Assembly: GCF_000737315.1 (NCBI RefSeq) | Contig: NZ_JMCB01000001.1 | Span: 434,001-498,000 of the forward strand | Direction: 5' to 3' | DNA from: Hyalangium minutum | Lineage (GTDB): Bacteria; Myxococcota; Myxococcia; Myxococcales; Myxococcaceae | Length of the DNA: 64,000 bases | Shown: in pieces, positions 46,893 to 59,246 of the stretch | Layout of the letters: every line of letters begins with the position of its first letter | Position numbering within the stretch: position 1 is the first letter of the stretch | Translations under genes and position numbers: made by a program | The notes under the pieces: generated by a model | What the model saw: only the letters and a program-made list of their open reading frames with translations | What the model was told of the DNA's origin: nothing | Database searches by the model: none

Positions 46893-48539
46893 ATGACGAA
46901 CCTGACGCGCTGCGCACTCGCTGTCCTGGCGATGACGACCCTGGTGCTGGGCTGCAATGACGATCCCCCGGGCGGTCCGGATGGCGGCACCCCGGACAGT
47001 GGCACCCCGGACTCGGGCCCCGAATGGGACGGCACCTACACTCCCCTGCCAGAGCAGGGCGACAACATCGATGAGGGCCCCTTTGCGGACTGCTCCAGCT
47101 TCACCGTGAATGACGCGGGCGTGCCCCTGCCCTGCGGCAGTCCGGAGACGTTCAACCTGTCCGCCTGCGACCGGAGCACGCTGTCGCGGCTGTCGCCCAG
47201 TGGCATCTACTCCCTGCGCACACGCTCCAGCAGCGGCACGTTCTTCTTCTATGGCTCCGGTGACTTCCAGATCTCCGCGGTGGGAGGCACCGAGGAGGTC
47301 AACAGCTATCCGGTCGTCGAGAAGCATGTCGATGGCCAGAACTTCTATGTCGCCGGCAAGCGCACGCTGACCGACGGCGGCACCACACTCTGGGCCTACG
47401 CGGGCTGCCAGGCCCAGGACGCGCAGAACCTCACCGGGTGCTACCAGACGTGCACCAACGGCGGCGCGCGGCGCAGCGCGGGCACCTTCGACGGCGTTCG
47501 CCTGCAGCGCGTCCTGGAGCCGGAGACCTCGGGCATCAACCTCGTCAGCGAGGCCAAGGTGGACCTGGGCGTCCCCGTGGACGTCTACGTCGCCAAGAAC
47601 CACGCCTATGTGGTGTCCATCAGCTTGGGCCGGCTGTCACCTCCCACGGGAGGGCTCACGGTCTACGACGTCACCGACAAGGCCCACCCGGTGCTCCGCA
47701 AGGTCGTCACCATGGCCGGCGACACCTACTGGAACTCCGTCTGGTCCAAGGGCGACGCGCTCTACGTGGGCAGCGGTAACCACGGCGTGCTCGTCTACGA
47801 CATCTCTGACCCGGGGGATCCGAAGCTGGTGCGCGGCGTGCCGGGCGACACCTTCGACGTGCACACCATTTACGTCGACGGGGACCGCATGTACGCCCAG
47901 GCGGCGGGCGCCAACCAGGTGCTTATCTTCGACGTGAGCCGGCCCTTGGATCCCGTGCTGCTCAACCGCTACACGGTGCCCCAGGACGACAACGGCCTGG
48001 GCTACCCGCACGACTCGTTCGCGTACCAGAACCGGCTCTACATCAACCAGATGGGCCAGGGGTACTACGTGGTGGACGTGACGGATGCCTCCAACCCCAA
48101 GTCCCTGGGCGCGTACACGTATGACGCCAACCTCTACAACCCCACCCACGCCAATGCGGTGGGCACCTTCGCCGGCCGCACCATCGCCTTCGAGGGCGGA
48201 GAGAGCGTCAACGCCCACCTGCGCGTGCTGGACGTCACCGACCCGGCCCACATCATGAAGATTGGCGAGCACGCCATGCGCCCGCAGACCTCCATCCACA
48301 ACATGGTGCTGTCCGGCAAGCGACTGTACGTGGCGTGGTACGCGGAAGGCTTGCGCGTGCTGGACGTGTCCAACCCCACCCAGCCGCGGGAGATTGCGTA
48401 CGCCAACACGTTCCGGGACTCGGACCCGGGCCGTCTGAGCGGTCTCTTCTCGGGCGCCATCGGCATCCGCGTGCCGGGAGACGGCCACGTGTATGTCGTG
48501 GACATGACGCGCGGCCTGCTCATCTACCGCGAGCCGTAG
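46893..48539 (+). CDS. LVIVD-repeat lipoprotein
   Basis: Lipobox VLGC; GLTVYDVTDKAHP, GVLVYDISDPGDP, LRVLDVSNPTQP repeats. Confidence 0.88.
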   Translation: MTNLTRCALAVLAMTTLVLGCNDDPPGGPDGGTPDSGTPDSGPEWDGTYTPLPEQGDNIDEGPFADCSSFTVNDAGVPLPCGSPETFNLSACDRSTLSRLSPSGIYSLRTRSSSGTFFFYGSGDFQISAVGGTEEVNSYPVVEKHVDGQNFYVAGKRTLTDGGTTLWAYAGCQAQDAQNLTGCYQTCTNGGARRSAGTFDGVRLQRVLEPETSGINLVSEAKVDLGVPVDVYVAKNHAYVVSISLGRLSPPTGGLTVYDVTDKAHPVLRKVVTMAGDTYWNSVWSKGDALYVGSGNHGVLVYDISDPGDPKLVRGVPGDTFDVHTIYVDGDRMYAQAAGANQVLIFDVSRPLDPVLLNRYTVPQDDNGLGYPHDSFAYQNRLYINQMGQGYYVVDVTDASNPKSLGAYTYDANLYNPTHANAVGTFAGRTIAFEGGESVNAHLRVLDVTDPAHIMKIGEHAMRPQTSIHNMVLSGKRLYVAWYAEGLRVLDVSNPTQPREIAYANTFRDSDPGRLSGLFSGAIGIRVPGDGHVYVVDMTRGLLIYREP

Positions 48540-48723
48540 CCGCCCCCACGGGGGGCCATTTGCCCCCCTCTGGCTCACTCCAGAGGAGCGCCGCCGAGAG
48601 GTGCCGCTCCCCTGCCGGGCGGATTGCCCCTGAGTCCAGGCTCCTTCCCGGTGGATTGCGCGGGGAGTGCCTCGTAGATTGGCGCCCCGCCGCGGCCTCT
48701 CCCGCGGCCACAAGGGGGAGCAG

Positions 48724-50313
48724 GTGCCAACCGTCGGCAGCCCATCCATCCTGTCCATCGATCTGGGGACATCCGCCGTCAAACTGGCGCTCATCACCAC
48801 ACGGGGCGCCATTCTGGGCAGCGAGGTGGAGCCCATTCCCCTCTCGTTGCTGCCCGAGGGCGGCGCCGAGCAGGAGCCCGAGCACTGGTGGTCCGCCATC
48901 GTCCGGGCCACGCGGCGGATGCTCGAGCGAGGCGTGGCCGCTCCGGCGGACATCATCGGCGTCAACGTGGGCTCGCAGTGGTCCGGCACCGTCGCCGTGG
49001 ACGAGCAGGGCAAGCCCCTGCGGCCCGCCATCCTCTGGATGGACTCGCGCGGGGCCTCCCACGTCCGGCGCATCACCCAGGGGCTCGTCTCCATTGAGGG
49101 TTACGGACTGGGCAAGCTGTACACCTGGGTGAAGCTGACGGGCGGGGCGCCGAGCAGCTCCGGCAAGGATCCGCTGGGGCACATCCTCTACCTCCAGCAC
49201 GAGCACCCCGAAGTCTACCGGCGGACCTACAAGTTCCTGGAGCCGAAGGACTGGCTCAACCTGCGGCTGTCGGGCCGGTTCACCGCCTCGTACGACTCCA
49301 TCGCCCTGCACTGGGTGACGGACAACCGGAACCTGTCGCGGCTGACCTATGACGACCGCCTGCTGAAGATGACGGGGCTGCACCGCGAGAAGCTCCCCGA
49401 GCTGGTGCCCGCCGCCTCGGTGCTCGGTCCGCTGAGCTCCGAGGCCGCCCAGGCACTGGGCCTGGGCGAGCACACCCAGGTGGTCTCCGGCACGCCAGAC
49501 ATCCTCGCGGCCGCGGTGGGCTCGGGGGCCGTGCGCGACTTCGAGCCCCACCTGTGCGTGGGTACCTCCTCGTGGCTCAGCTGCCACGTGCCTTTCAAAA
49601 AGGCAGACCTGCTGCACCAGATGGGCACCCTGCCCTCCGCGCTCCCGGGCCGCTACCTGCTCGTCAACGAACAGGAGTCCGCGGGCATCTGCCTCGTCTC
49701 CCTCAAGAACCTGCTCTACGAGGAGTCGGGCTCCACTCCCCCGATGGACTCCCAGGAGATCTACGCGGCCTTCGAGCGGGCCGCCGAGCGCGTGCCCGCC
49801 GGCAGCGATCGCCTCCTGTTCCTGCCGTGGCTCAACGGCGAGCGATCGCCCGTGGAGGACCGGCTGGTGCGCGGCGGGTTCATCAACCAGTCGCTGCAGA
49901 CGACGCGCGGCCACCTGGTGCGGGCGGTGATGGAGGGCGTGGCCTACAACTCGCGGTGGCTGTTCACCTACGTGGAGCAGTTCGTGGACCGGAAGCTGGA
50001 GTCCATCCGAATGATTGGCGGCGGCGCCCGCTCGAAGCTGTGGTGCCAGATCTACGCGGACGTCCTCGGCCGGCGCATCCAGCAGGTGGCCGAGCCCGTG
50101 CTAGCCAACGCCCGGGGAGCGGCGTTCCAGGCGGCGCTGGCACTGGGGCACCTCACGGTGGACGAGATTCCCGAGCTGGTGCCCGTAGCCCGCACGTTCG
50201 AGCCGGACACAAAGAACCAGGGGCTCTACGACTCGCTGTTCCGGGAGTTCCTCACCCTCTACAAGACCAACAAATCCCTCTTCGCGCGGCTCAACCGGGC
50301 CCGGAGTGCCTGA
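48724..50313 (+). CDS. FGGY-family carbohydrate kinase (xylulokinase-like)
   Basis: SIDLGTSAVK, ILWMDSR, FLPWLNGERSP, RAVMEGV, IGGGARS; GTG start after GGGGGAG. Confidence 0.92.
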   Translation: MPTVGSPSILSIDLGTSAVKLALITTRGAILGSEVEPIPLSLLPEGGAEQEPEHWWSAIVRATRRMLERGVAAPADIIGVNVGSQWSGTVAVDEQGKPLRPAILWMDSRGASHVRRITQGLVSIEGYGLGKLYTWVKLTGGAPSSSGKDPLGHILYLQHEHPEVYRRTYKFLEPKDWLNLRLSGRFTASYDSIALHWVTDNRNLSRLTYDDRLLKMTGLHREKLPELVPAASVLGPLSSEAAQALGLGEHTQVVSGTPDILAAAVGSGAVRDFEPHLCVGTSSWLSCHVPFKKADLLHQMGTLPSALPGRYLLVNEQESAGICLVSLKNLLYEESGSTPPMDSQEIYAAFERAAERVPAGSDRLLFLPWLNGERSPVEDRLVRGGFINQSLQTTRGHLVRAVMEGVAYNSRWLFTYVEQFVDRKLESIRMIGGGARSKLWCQIYADVLGRRIQQVAEPVLANARGAAFQAALALGHLTVDEIPELVPVARTFEPDTKNQGLYDSLFREFLTLYKTNKSLFARLNRARSA

Positions 50314-50349
50314 GGCGCGCGAGGCGGCCAGCAGTCAGGAAGGAAGCCC

Positions 50350-51870
50350 ATGGCGCTACCCGATCTCAATCTGCTGTCCCACGTGCCCCCGCGGCTGCTC
50401 GCGGTGGCGGAGCGGTACCTCAAGGCCATCCCCCTGGTGCGCAACCGGCTCGATAAAGAGACCGGCTCGATGCTCGCCGACCTGGAGGGCAGCCTCAAAC
50501 CCTACAAGGGCCAGCTGCCCACCTTCGACACACTGCCCACCCAGGGACGCCCCCAGGAGGAGGTGCTCCAGGAACTGGAGCAGATGGAGGCGAAAGAGCA
50601 CGAGCGCTGGAAGGACGGGCTCGTGTCCGGCGCGGTGTACCACGGGGCGGACGAGCACATCGCCTTCGTGAACCGCGTGTACGCGCTGCACTCGCAGAGC
50701 AACCCGCTGCATGCGGACCTGTGGCCCAGCGCCACCAAGTTCGAGGCCGAGGTGGTGGCGATGACGGCCAGCATGCTCGGGGCCCAGGAGGCCAACGCGG
50801 GCAAGGACGCAGAGGAGCACATCTGCGGCTCGCTCTCCTCCGGCGGCACCGAGAGCATCATGCTGGCCATGAAGACGTACCGGGACTGGGCCCACGCCAC
50901 CCGGCGCATCACCCGGCCGGAGATGGTAGCCCCCTCCAGCGCGCACCCGGCGTTCGACAAGGCCGCCCACTACTTCGGCATCAAGATGGTGCGAGTACCC
51001 GTGGCCGCCGACTACCGCGCGGACGTGGCCGCCACGCGCAAGGCGCTCAACCGCAACACCATCGTGGTCATCGGCTCGGCGCCAGGGTTCCCCCACGGCG
51101 TCATCGATCCCATCGAGGAGCTGTCGGAGCTGGCGCGCCAGCGGGGCATCGGCTTCCACACGGACGCGTGCCTGGGCGGCTTCGTGCTGCCGTGGGCGAA
51201 GAAGCTGGGCTACCCAGTGCCGCCGTTCGACTTCCGGCTGCCCGGCGTGACGAGCATGTCCGCGGACACCCACAAGTTCGGCTACGCGGCCAAGGGCACC
51301 TCCGTGGTCCTGTACCGAGGCACAGAGCTGCGCTCGCACCAGTACTTCACCGCCACCGAGTGGCCCGGCGGCATCTACTTCTCTCCCACCTTCTCCGGCA
51401 GCCGGCCCGGGGGCCTCATCGCCGCCGCCTGGGCCACCCTGGTGACGATGGGCGAGCAGGGCTACCTGGACGCCACCCGCCGCATCCTGGAGACGGCCGA
51501 CACCCTCAAGCGAGGCATCCGCGCCATCCCCGGGCTGCACGTGCTGGGCGATCCCCTCTTCGTCATCGCCTTCGGCTCGGACTCGCTGGACATCTATAAG
51601 GTGATGGATCGCATGGGCTCCAAAGGCTGGAGCCTGAACGGCCTGCACAAGCCCGCGGCGGTCCACCTGTGTGTCACACTGCGACATGCCCAGGAGGGGG
51701 TGGCGGACCGGTTCTTGGCGGACCTGCGGGAGGCCGTGGAGCACGTCCGGTCAAATCCGGAGGAAAAAGGTACGATGGCCCCTGTCTACGGGATGGCCGC
51801 CACTGTTCCCTTCCGTGGGCTGCTGAGTGATCTGCTGAAGAAGTACATGGACCTGCTCTACAAGGTCTGA
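50350..51870 (+). CDS. Sphingosine-1-phosphate lyase-like PLP enzyme (group II fold)
   Basis: [42 protein letters not shown] (PLP Lys), GSRPGG. Confidence 0.85.
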   Translation: MALPDLNLLSHVPPRLLAVAERYLKAIPLVRNRLDKETGSMLADLEGSLKPYKGQLPTFDTLPTQGRPQEEVLQELEQMEAKEHERWKDGLVSGAVYHGADEHIAFVNRVYALHSQSNPLHADLWPSATKFEAEVVAMTASMLGAQEANAGKDAEEHICGSLSSGGTESIMLAMKTYRDWAHATRRITRPEMVAPSSAHPAFDKAAHYFGIKMVRVPVAADYRADVAATRKALNRNTIVVIGSAPGFPHGVIDPIEELSELARQRGIGFHTDACLGGFVLPWAKKLGYPVPPFDFRLPGVTSMSADTHKFGYAAKGTSVVLYRGTELRSHQYFTATEWPGGIYFSPTFSGSRPGGLIAAAWATLVTMGEQGYLDATRRILETADTLKRGIRAIPGLHVLGDPLFVIAFGSDSLDIYKVMDRMGSKGWSLNGLHKPAAVHLCVTLRHAQEGVADRFLADLREAVEHVRSNPEEKGTMAPVYGMAATVPFRGLLSDLLKKYMDLLYKV

Positions 51871-51888
51871 TGCTCCCCCTCTCGGTCC

Positions 51889-53721
51889 ATGAGCCCTACT
51901 GGCGTCCCAGCCCCTGACCTCCCCACCCTGGCCAAGGCCGTCCGAGCGATCAACCAGGAGTTCTCGCTCCCCGAGCTCCAGCGCACGGTGCTCCGAGTCA
52001 TTCAGGAGCACACTCCGGCCCCGTACGCGGCGCTGCTGGGGTTTCATGAGGCCCGGGGCTGGGTCATCCAGTGCCAGACCGAGGGGGAGCACCGCGCCCT
52101 GCACGAGCTGCCCACCACGGTCATCCACGGCGCGCGCCGCACCCTGGAGCCGGTGGTGCTCAGCGAGGCCTCTCAGCAGGCCCCCTACTGCGATGACGTG
52201 GTGGTGCGCGCCAAGGGACTGCGCTCGGTCATCTGCTGGCCGCTCACCCACCGGGGGGTTCAGCACGGGTTGCTCTACCTGGAACATGCCCACGCCTCCC
52301 ACGCCTTCGACGGAGTGCTGAGCGTCATCGAGCTGCTGGCGGCGCAGGCCGCGGTGGCGCTGGACAACGCCCGCGTGCACCAGCACCTGGCCGAGCAGAG
52401 CCACGCCCACGAGGTCTCCCGTCGCGAGGTCTCCGCCACCCGTCAATACCTGCAGGACTTCATCGACCACTCGCCCGCCGCCATCTACTTGAAGGATCGC
52501 GAGGGCCGCTACCTCATGGTCAACGGACGGTTCGAGACCTTCTATGGACTGTCGCGCCACCAGATCCTCGGCAAGAAGGACTCGGACCTGCTGCCCCTGG
52601 AGAACGCGCGCCCGCTGATGGAGAACGACCAGCAGGTGATGCGCAGCGGCACCACGCACCAGTTCGAGGAGCAGCTGCCTTTCCACGATGGGGTGCACAC
52701 CTTCATCTCCGCGAAGTTTCCCCTGCGCTCGGCGATGGGGGGCATCGAGGGGCTGTGCGGCGTCTCCACGGACATTACCGACCGCAAGCGCGCCGAGGCG
52801 GCGCTCCAGCGGGCCAACGAGGAGCTGGAGCAGCGCGTCGCCGAGCGCACCGAGCAGCTCCATGCCGCCCAGCAGGAGCTGCTGGATCGCGCCCGGCACG
52901 CGGGCATGGCGGAGATCGCCAACAGCATCCTCCACAACATGGGCAACGCGCTCACCGGCATCACGGTGAGCAGCACGGTGCTGCGCGAGCGCATCCTGGG
53001 AGTGCCCATCGCCTCGCTGGGGCGGGCCGCGGCGCTGATGACCGAGCGATCCCCCGAGGAGCTGGTCACCTTCCTCACGCAGGACGAGCGGGGCAAGCAG
53101 CTTCCCGAGTACATGAGCAAGCTGCACACGCGCTTGGAGGAAGAGCGCCAGCTGCTGCTGGAAGAGTGCAATGTGCTGGCCACGAAGATCGAGCACGCCA
53201 CCAGCGTGATCGCCACACAGCAGAACTATGCCCGCGCGCGCATCCGCCTGAGCGAGAAGGCGCGGCTGAGGGACTTGCTGGAGGATGCGGTCCGCCTGTG
53301 CGCCGTGGGGGACCACATCGATAAGATCCTCCAGCGCGAGTACTGCGACGAGGAGCCCGAGTTCTACGATCGGCACGTCATCGTGCAGATCCTGGTCAAC
53401 TTCATCTCCAACGCGAAGAACGCGGTGCGCGAGCGGCCGGACAACACGCAGCCGCGCATCACCCTCTCCGTGCGGCAGGATCCGACACAGACGGCGGTGG
53501 CCGTGAGCGACAACGGCGTGGGGTTCGACGCGAGCGTGAAGCCTCGGCTGTTCACCCACGGGTTCACCACGCGCGCCAAGGGCCACGGCTTCGGGTTGCA
53601 CAGCTCCGCGCTCAGCGCGCAGGCGCTCGGAGGCCGCATCGAGGCGAACAGCGACGGCCTGGGGCTGGGCGCCCGGTTCGAGCTCATCCTCCCTCGGGGG
53701 AGCCAGAACGCAGACCAGTGA
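51889..53721 (+). CDS. GAF-PAS sensor histidine kinase
   Basis: GAF (LLYLEH...QAAVALDNA), PAS (IYLKDREGRY), H-box SILHNMGN, DNGVG, FTT, GHGFGL. Confidence 0.92.
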   Translation: MSPTGVPAPDLPTLAKAVRAINQEFSLPELQRTVLRVIQEHTPAPYAALLGFHEARGWVIQCQTEGEHRALHELPTTVIHGARRTLEPVVLSEASQQAPYCDDVVVRAKGLRSVICWPLTHRGVQHGLLYLEHAHASHAFDGVLSVIELLAAQAAVALDNARVHQHLAEQSHAHEVSRREVSATRQYLQDFIDHSPAAIYLKDREGRYLMVNGRFETFYGLSRHQILGKKDSDLLPLENARPLMENDQQVMRSGTTHQFEEQLPFHDGVHTFISAKFPLRSAMGGIEGLCGVSTDITDRKRAEAALQRANEELEQRVAERTEQLHAAQQELLDRARHAGMAEIANSILHNMGNALTGITVSSTVLRERILGVPIASLGRAAALMTERSPEELVTFLTQDERGKQLPEYMSKLHTRLEEERQLLLEECNVLATKIEHATSVIATQQNYARARIRLSEKARLRDLLEDAVRLCAVGDHIDKILQREYCDEEPEFYDRHVIVQILVNFISNAKNAVRERPDNTQPRITLSVRQDPTQTAVAVSDNGVGFDASVKPRLFTHGFTTRAKGHGFGLHSSALSAQALGGRIEANSDGLGLGARFELILPRGSQNADQ

Positions 53722-53742
53722 GCCGCCCGGCGGCCGGCGTGC

Positions 53743-54234
53743 TCAGCGCTCCTCGGGCCCCGGAAGCTCGCGCGTCATCTCCACCATGGTGGAGCGCCAG
53801 CCGAGCTTCGCGAAGAACCGATGCGCGCCCTCGTTCTTCGTCGCGCTCATGAGGATGACCCGGGGCACACCCAGCTCGGCGAAGCGCCGCACCAGGGCCT
53901 CGGCCAGCAGCCGGCCGGCTCCCAAGCCGCGCGCGGACTCTTCCACCCAAATGTCGTGGAACCCGCCGCAGCGGTCCCTCAGCGTGGCCCAGTCGCGCTC
54001 CTCGATGCGGCCGTAGACGTAGCCGATGAGCTCGCCGTCCCGCTCGGCGACGAGCACCACCGCCTCCTTCGCTCTCAGCTCCTTGCCCAGCCACCAGCGG
54101 TAGCCGGACTCGACATCGTCCGGGAGCATGAAGCGCTCGGGATCGAAGGCGTGGTGCTGACGGACGAGCGCGCCCCCCATCCGGCCCAGCGCCTCCGCAT
54201 CCGCAGGCTTGGCGGGACGAACCGTGATGGCCAT
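53743..54234 (-). CDS. GNAT N-acetyltransferase
   Basis: WVEESARGLGAGRLL acetyl-CoA motif; N..A..FF.KLGW. Confidence 0.88.
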   Translation of the reverse strand: MAITVRPAKPADAEALGRMGGALVRQHHAFDPERFMLPDDVESGYRWWLGKELRAKEAVVLVAERDGELIGYVYGRIEERDWATLRDRCGGFHDIWVEESARGLGAGRLLAEALVRRFAELGVPRVILMSATKNEGAHRFFAKLGWRSTMVEMTRELPGPEER

Positions 54235-54243
54235 GGCGCCTGC

Positions 54244-55881
<1,638 letters not shown>

Positions 55882-56049
55882 GAGGCCGGATGATACGTAC
55901 CCGGAGCCGTCCGTCAGGTGGGAAGTGCATTCCCTGTGCGCCAGGATGCACTTTCAGGGACTTCCTGAGTTCTGCAATGGATCTCCGTTTCCGTCGTAAG
56001 GTGGGAAACAGACCCGGTTCTCGAGCCCGGGTCTCAAGGAGCCGTTGCC

Positions 56050-57636
56050 ATGAAGAAGCTGCTGGTGTTCGTCGTGCTGCTGGCCGCGGGGGCTGGGGCG
56101 GCGTATCACTTCGGCTACCTCGACCGCTGGATTCCCAAGCTCGGGGGTGAGCGGCTCATTCCCAAGGACGAGAAGCTGCTGGCCTACTTCCGGCCCGACA
56201 CGCGCGAGTTGCTCGTCGCTCAGTTGACGGAGCTGGACCTGCGCCTCTCCGCGGACGCGCAGGCCAAGCTGGAGCAGAACGGGCGCGAGCTCTACGAGAA
56301 GACAGGCATCAACCTGTCCAAGGACCTGGACGCGTTCGTTGGGGCGGACGGGCTCGCGGTGGTCCGCGGCCGGTTCGACTGGAACAAGCTGGGGGCCTAC
56401 CTCCAGTCGCAGGGCTACACCCTGACCGAGCTGGCGGGAGTGCCCGGGGCGGTGAAGGCCCGAGCGATGGACGTGGCGCTCGATGGGAACTACCTGCTCG
56501 TCGGCCCGCGCGCCGAGGTGGAGCTGGCGATCGCCCGCAGGCGGGATGGCCAGGGGCTCGAGGCGAACAGCCCGATCGTGAAGGCGATGGATGAGATCGG
56601 CTGGCGGCACGGGCTGGTGGGCGGAGTGGTGTCCGGGTCGCGCCTGTCGTCGCAGGGCCCAGGAGACCTCAAGTTGCAGACCGCGCTGGGGGCGCTCGAC
56701 TCGACCCGCGAGGGATACGAGCTGCGAGCGATGGCCCTGACTGGCAGCAAGGCGGAGGGCGAGGCGCTCCACGCCATTCTGGAGACGCTTCGCAAGACGG
56801 CCCTGCTGCAGATGGCGCTGACGTCCCAGCCCGAGCTGCGCACGCTGCGGGACTCGCTCGAGAAGGCCACGCTGGAGGTGGATGCGAACGGCCGTGTGAC
56901 AGGCGCCATCCGCTTCCCGTACGCCCTGGTGGACCAGGCCTCGGCAAATGTCTCCCAGGCGCAGCTCCCTTCGGCGCTTCAGACGCTGGAGCTCTCCGAC
57001 GAGGGCGACGACTCCGTGCCCACGCGCCCGCCGCCGTCCGCCACGGCGCCGAAGCCCTCCTCGAAGGAGGAGGCCTCCACGCCTGTGGCGAGCGCCACCG
57101 TGTCCCAGCGCCTGGACTGGAAGCCGCCCGTGTTCGGGGTGATCCTGTTAGTGCTCGCGCTGGTGACCATGGGTGCCGCGTCGCGCCCGGGCATGTTCAA
57201 CGTGCTGTTCCACCCGCTCTTCCTGCTGCCCTTCCTGGTCGCGACGCTGGGCGTGTTCGTGTTCCGGTTCACGGGGCAGTCCGGCGGCGCGTTCGACGTG
57301 CTCACCCTGCCCATGCCCGAGTGGCACCGCTTCGTCTCCATTCCCGTGGCGCAGACCGTGGCCTTGAGCGCCACCATCCCCATGCTCCTGGCCATCATCT
57401 CCGGCCCGGTGGCGCTGCTGCGGCGGTTCGCGGCGGGGCTTGCGGTGGGCTTCAGCGCCTACCTCGTGACGAAGGCGATCGCCGGCACTGCCGTCCCATT
57501 GATTCCTCCGGCATACACGGTGTTCTGGTTCGCCGGGAACGCGCTGGCCGCGCTGCTGCTGGCCCGGCTCACGATCCCTCCGCGCCGCGCCCGGCAGTCG
57601 TCGCCTGCGGCGGGGGCACCGCGCGGACGCGCCTGA
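56050..57636 (+). CDS. Membrane protein with a large soluble domain and C-terminal TM bundle
   Basis: N-terminal anchor, Pro/Ser linker, several C-terminal TM helices. Confidence 0.75.
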   Translation: MKKLLVFVVLLAAGAGAAYHFGYLDRWIPKLGGERLIPKDEKLLAYFRPDTRELLVAQLTELDLRLSADAQAKLEQNGRELYEKTGINLSKDLDAFVGADGLAVVRGRFDWNKLGAYLQSQGYTLTELAGVPGAVKARAMDVALDGNYLLVGPRAEVELAIARRRDGQGLEANSPIVKAMDEIGWRHGLVGGVVSGSRLSSQGPGDLKLQTALGALDSTREGYELRAMALTGSKAEGEALHAILETLRKTALLQMALTSQPELRTLRDSLEKATLEVDANGRVTGAIRFPYALVDQASANVSQAQLPSALQTLELSDEGDDSVPTRPPPSATAPKPSSKEEASTPVASATVSQRLDWKPPVFGVILLVLALVTMGAASRPGMFNVLFHPLFLLPFLVATLGVFVFRFTGQSGGAFDVLTLPMPEWHRFVSIPVAQTVALSATIPMLLAIISGPVALLRRFAAGLAVGFSAYLVTKAIAGTAVPLIPPAYTVFWFAGNALAALLLARLTIPPRRARQSSPAAGAPRGRA

Positions 57637-57642
57637 GCCCAC

Positions 57643-57688
57643 AAAAAAGCACTGCCCTCGTTGCCGGTCGGGGAGCAACGGGGGCAGT
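57643..57688 (-). terminator. Rho-independent terminator
   Basis: 15-bp stem CACTGCCCTCGTTGC/GCAACGGGGGCAGTG preceded on + by an A6 run (U-tract on the minus strand). Confidence 0.8.
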
Positions 57689-57793
57689 GAATGAGGTTGA
57701 TGCGACTCTCTTGGGTTTTCGAGCGGGCTTGGCGGGAAGTTGCTTCACCAAGAGAACCTGAGGAACTCCGGGGCATTAGAGACCTCGCAGGTC

Positions 57794-58954
57794 CTATGGG
57801 TCGACGCGCCAGGCCTGCTCCACCAGAGCCTCCAGGCTGGAGGACTGCTCCGTCCAGCCGCGCATGCCGGCGTTTCCCATGCCGCGCTTCCAGATAAAGG
57901 TCCGCAGCACATTGCGGACCCTCTCGGCGTCCGGGCCTTGGCTCTGGAGATCGGCCCTGCGGGCGCGCTCACGCAACCGCTCCCAAGCCTCATCCGGCAG
58001 GTGCGGAGGATCCTCGGTGTTCTCCGTCAGCCGGTGGACGCGGAGCTCGTGGGCCAACTCGATCAAGCCCGCGCGGGCCTCGCTCGCCACCTCCGAGGCG
58101 GAAAGACGGGCCTCAGGGGAGAGCTCGTAGGCCCAAAGCCACCACGCCAGCTTCACGCACTCGGGGGGCGTGGGCTCGACGGGGCGGATACGGACTCGGA
58201 CGAGCACCTCCAGTTGCTTGCGCGCCTGGGTGCGCCAGAACTCAGCGCAGAGCAGGTGCTCGGGGCCGTTCCTCGGCGGGAGGAGGAGAGGCCGCTCGGC
58301 CCGCTTGCGCAGATCCGCCACCAGCCCGCTCGTGCGATCGACTCCCGAGAGCCGGGACCAGGCCTGTGCAAGGGCCACCTCTCCGCCAGACCACTGGCGG
58401 CGCAATGTGTCCACCTGGTCGACATGGAAGGGCAGACGCTCCTCGGGATCGAACGGATGAGCGAAGACGGTCGCCAGGATGCGTCCAAACGAGGTGAGCT
58501 CGCGGACGCAGGGCAGTTCCTGCGGGAGCAGCAACAGGGCGGTGGCCCAGCGCTGCTCGGGAGGCACCTCGCGAGGAACTGTGAGCACCCACTGCTCCAA
58601 TTCCTGGAGCAACTCCGGGAGGGGCTCCTTTGGGCTGCGGACGAGGCGCTGGGCCACGGCCTGCACCAGCTTTTCCCGAAGCGCCTGCACGTCGCGAAGA
58701 AGCCGGACGGTAGGGCTGGACGAGGGCCACGCCTCGGCCTGGGCGCGGCGCAGTGCGGAAGTGAGCGTCTCCTCCACGCGCGTCTGCGCTTCCCTGGCTT
58801 CGCGGAGCGGCGTCAGGTCGTCGCGCAGCCGCTCTTCCCAGAGCTTTGCTCCCAGCGCTTCCAGCAAGGTCCGGTAGCGGAGCCGAGCGGACTCCAGTAG
58901 CTCCGCCCGGCCCTCCAAGCGCAGCCGATACTCGTCCGCGACGGGCCGTCCCAT
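57794..58954 (-). CDS. Hypothetical helical protein
   Basis: 386-aa protein-like ORF ending before the terminator; no recognised motif. Confidence 0.6.
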   Translation of the reverse strand: MGRPVADEYRLRLEGRAELLESARLRYRTLLEALGAKLWEERLRDDLTPLREAREAQTRVEETLTSALRRAQAEAWPSSSPTVRLLRDVQALREKLVQAVAQRLVRSPKEPLPELLQELEQWVLTVPREVPPEQRWATALLLLPQELPCVRELTSFGRILATVFAHPFDPEERLPFHVDQVDTLRRQWSGGEVALAQAWSRLSGVDRTSGLVADLRKRAERPLLLPPRNGPEHLLCAEFWRTQARKQLEVLVRVRIRPVEPTPPECVKLAWWLWAYELSPEARLSASEVASEARAGLIELAHELRVHRLTENTEDPPHLPDEAWERLRERARRADLQSQGPDAERVRNVLRTFIWKRGMGNAGMRGWTEQSSSLEALVEQAWRVDP

Positions 58955-59009
58955 GTCCCAGGACTATAATCCGTGCGCGGCGAGAGAAGGCGTTCCGCGC
59001 TATGCCGGG

Positions 59010-59246
59010 CTACCAGACTTCCGAGAGGCGAGTAGCGGTTGCGGCGCGGCGGAACCAGCGATCCAAGGTGTCCAGATCCGAGCAAGCCAACACGCGCTGG
59101 CGGGCCTTCGCGGTCACGGCGATGCCACGTACTTCCAGAATCCGCAGCACTCCCTCGGCCCGCTCCAAAGCCCGCCCCTTGAGCAGCCCCTCTTCCAGCC
59201 CGATCGCCCGGCCTTCCTCACGGAGTATCTGCCCCATGGTCTTCAT
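59010..59246 (-). CDS. Putative in-frame intragenic small protein (RpnS-like antitoxin), 78 aa
   Basis: GGAGG (59256-59252) five nt before an in-frame ATG (MKTMGQILREEG...). Confidence 0.5.
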   Translation of the reverse strand: MKTMGQILREEGRAIGLEEGLLKGRALERAEGVLRILEVRGIAVTAKARQRVLACSDLDTLDRWFRRAATATRLSEVW

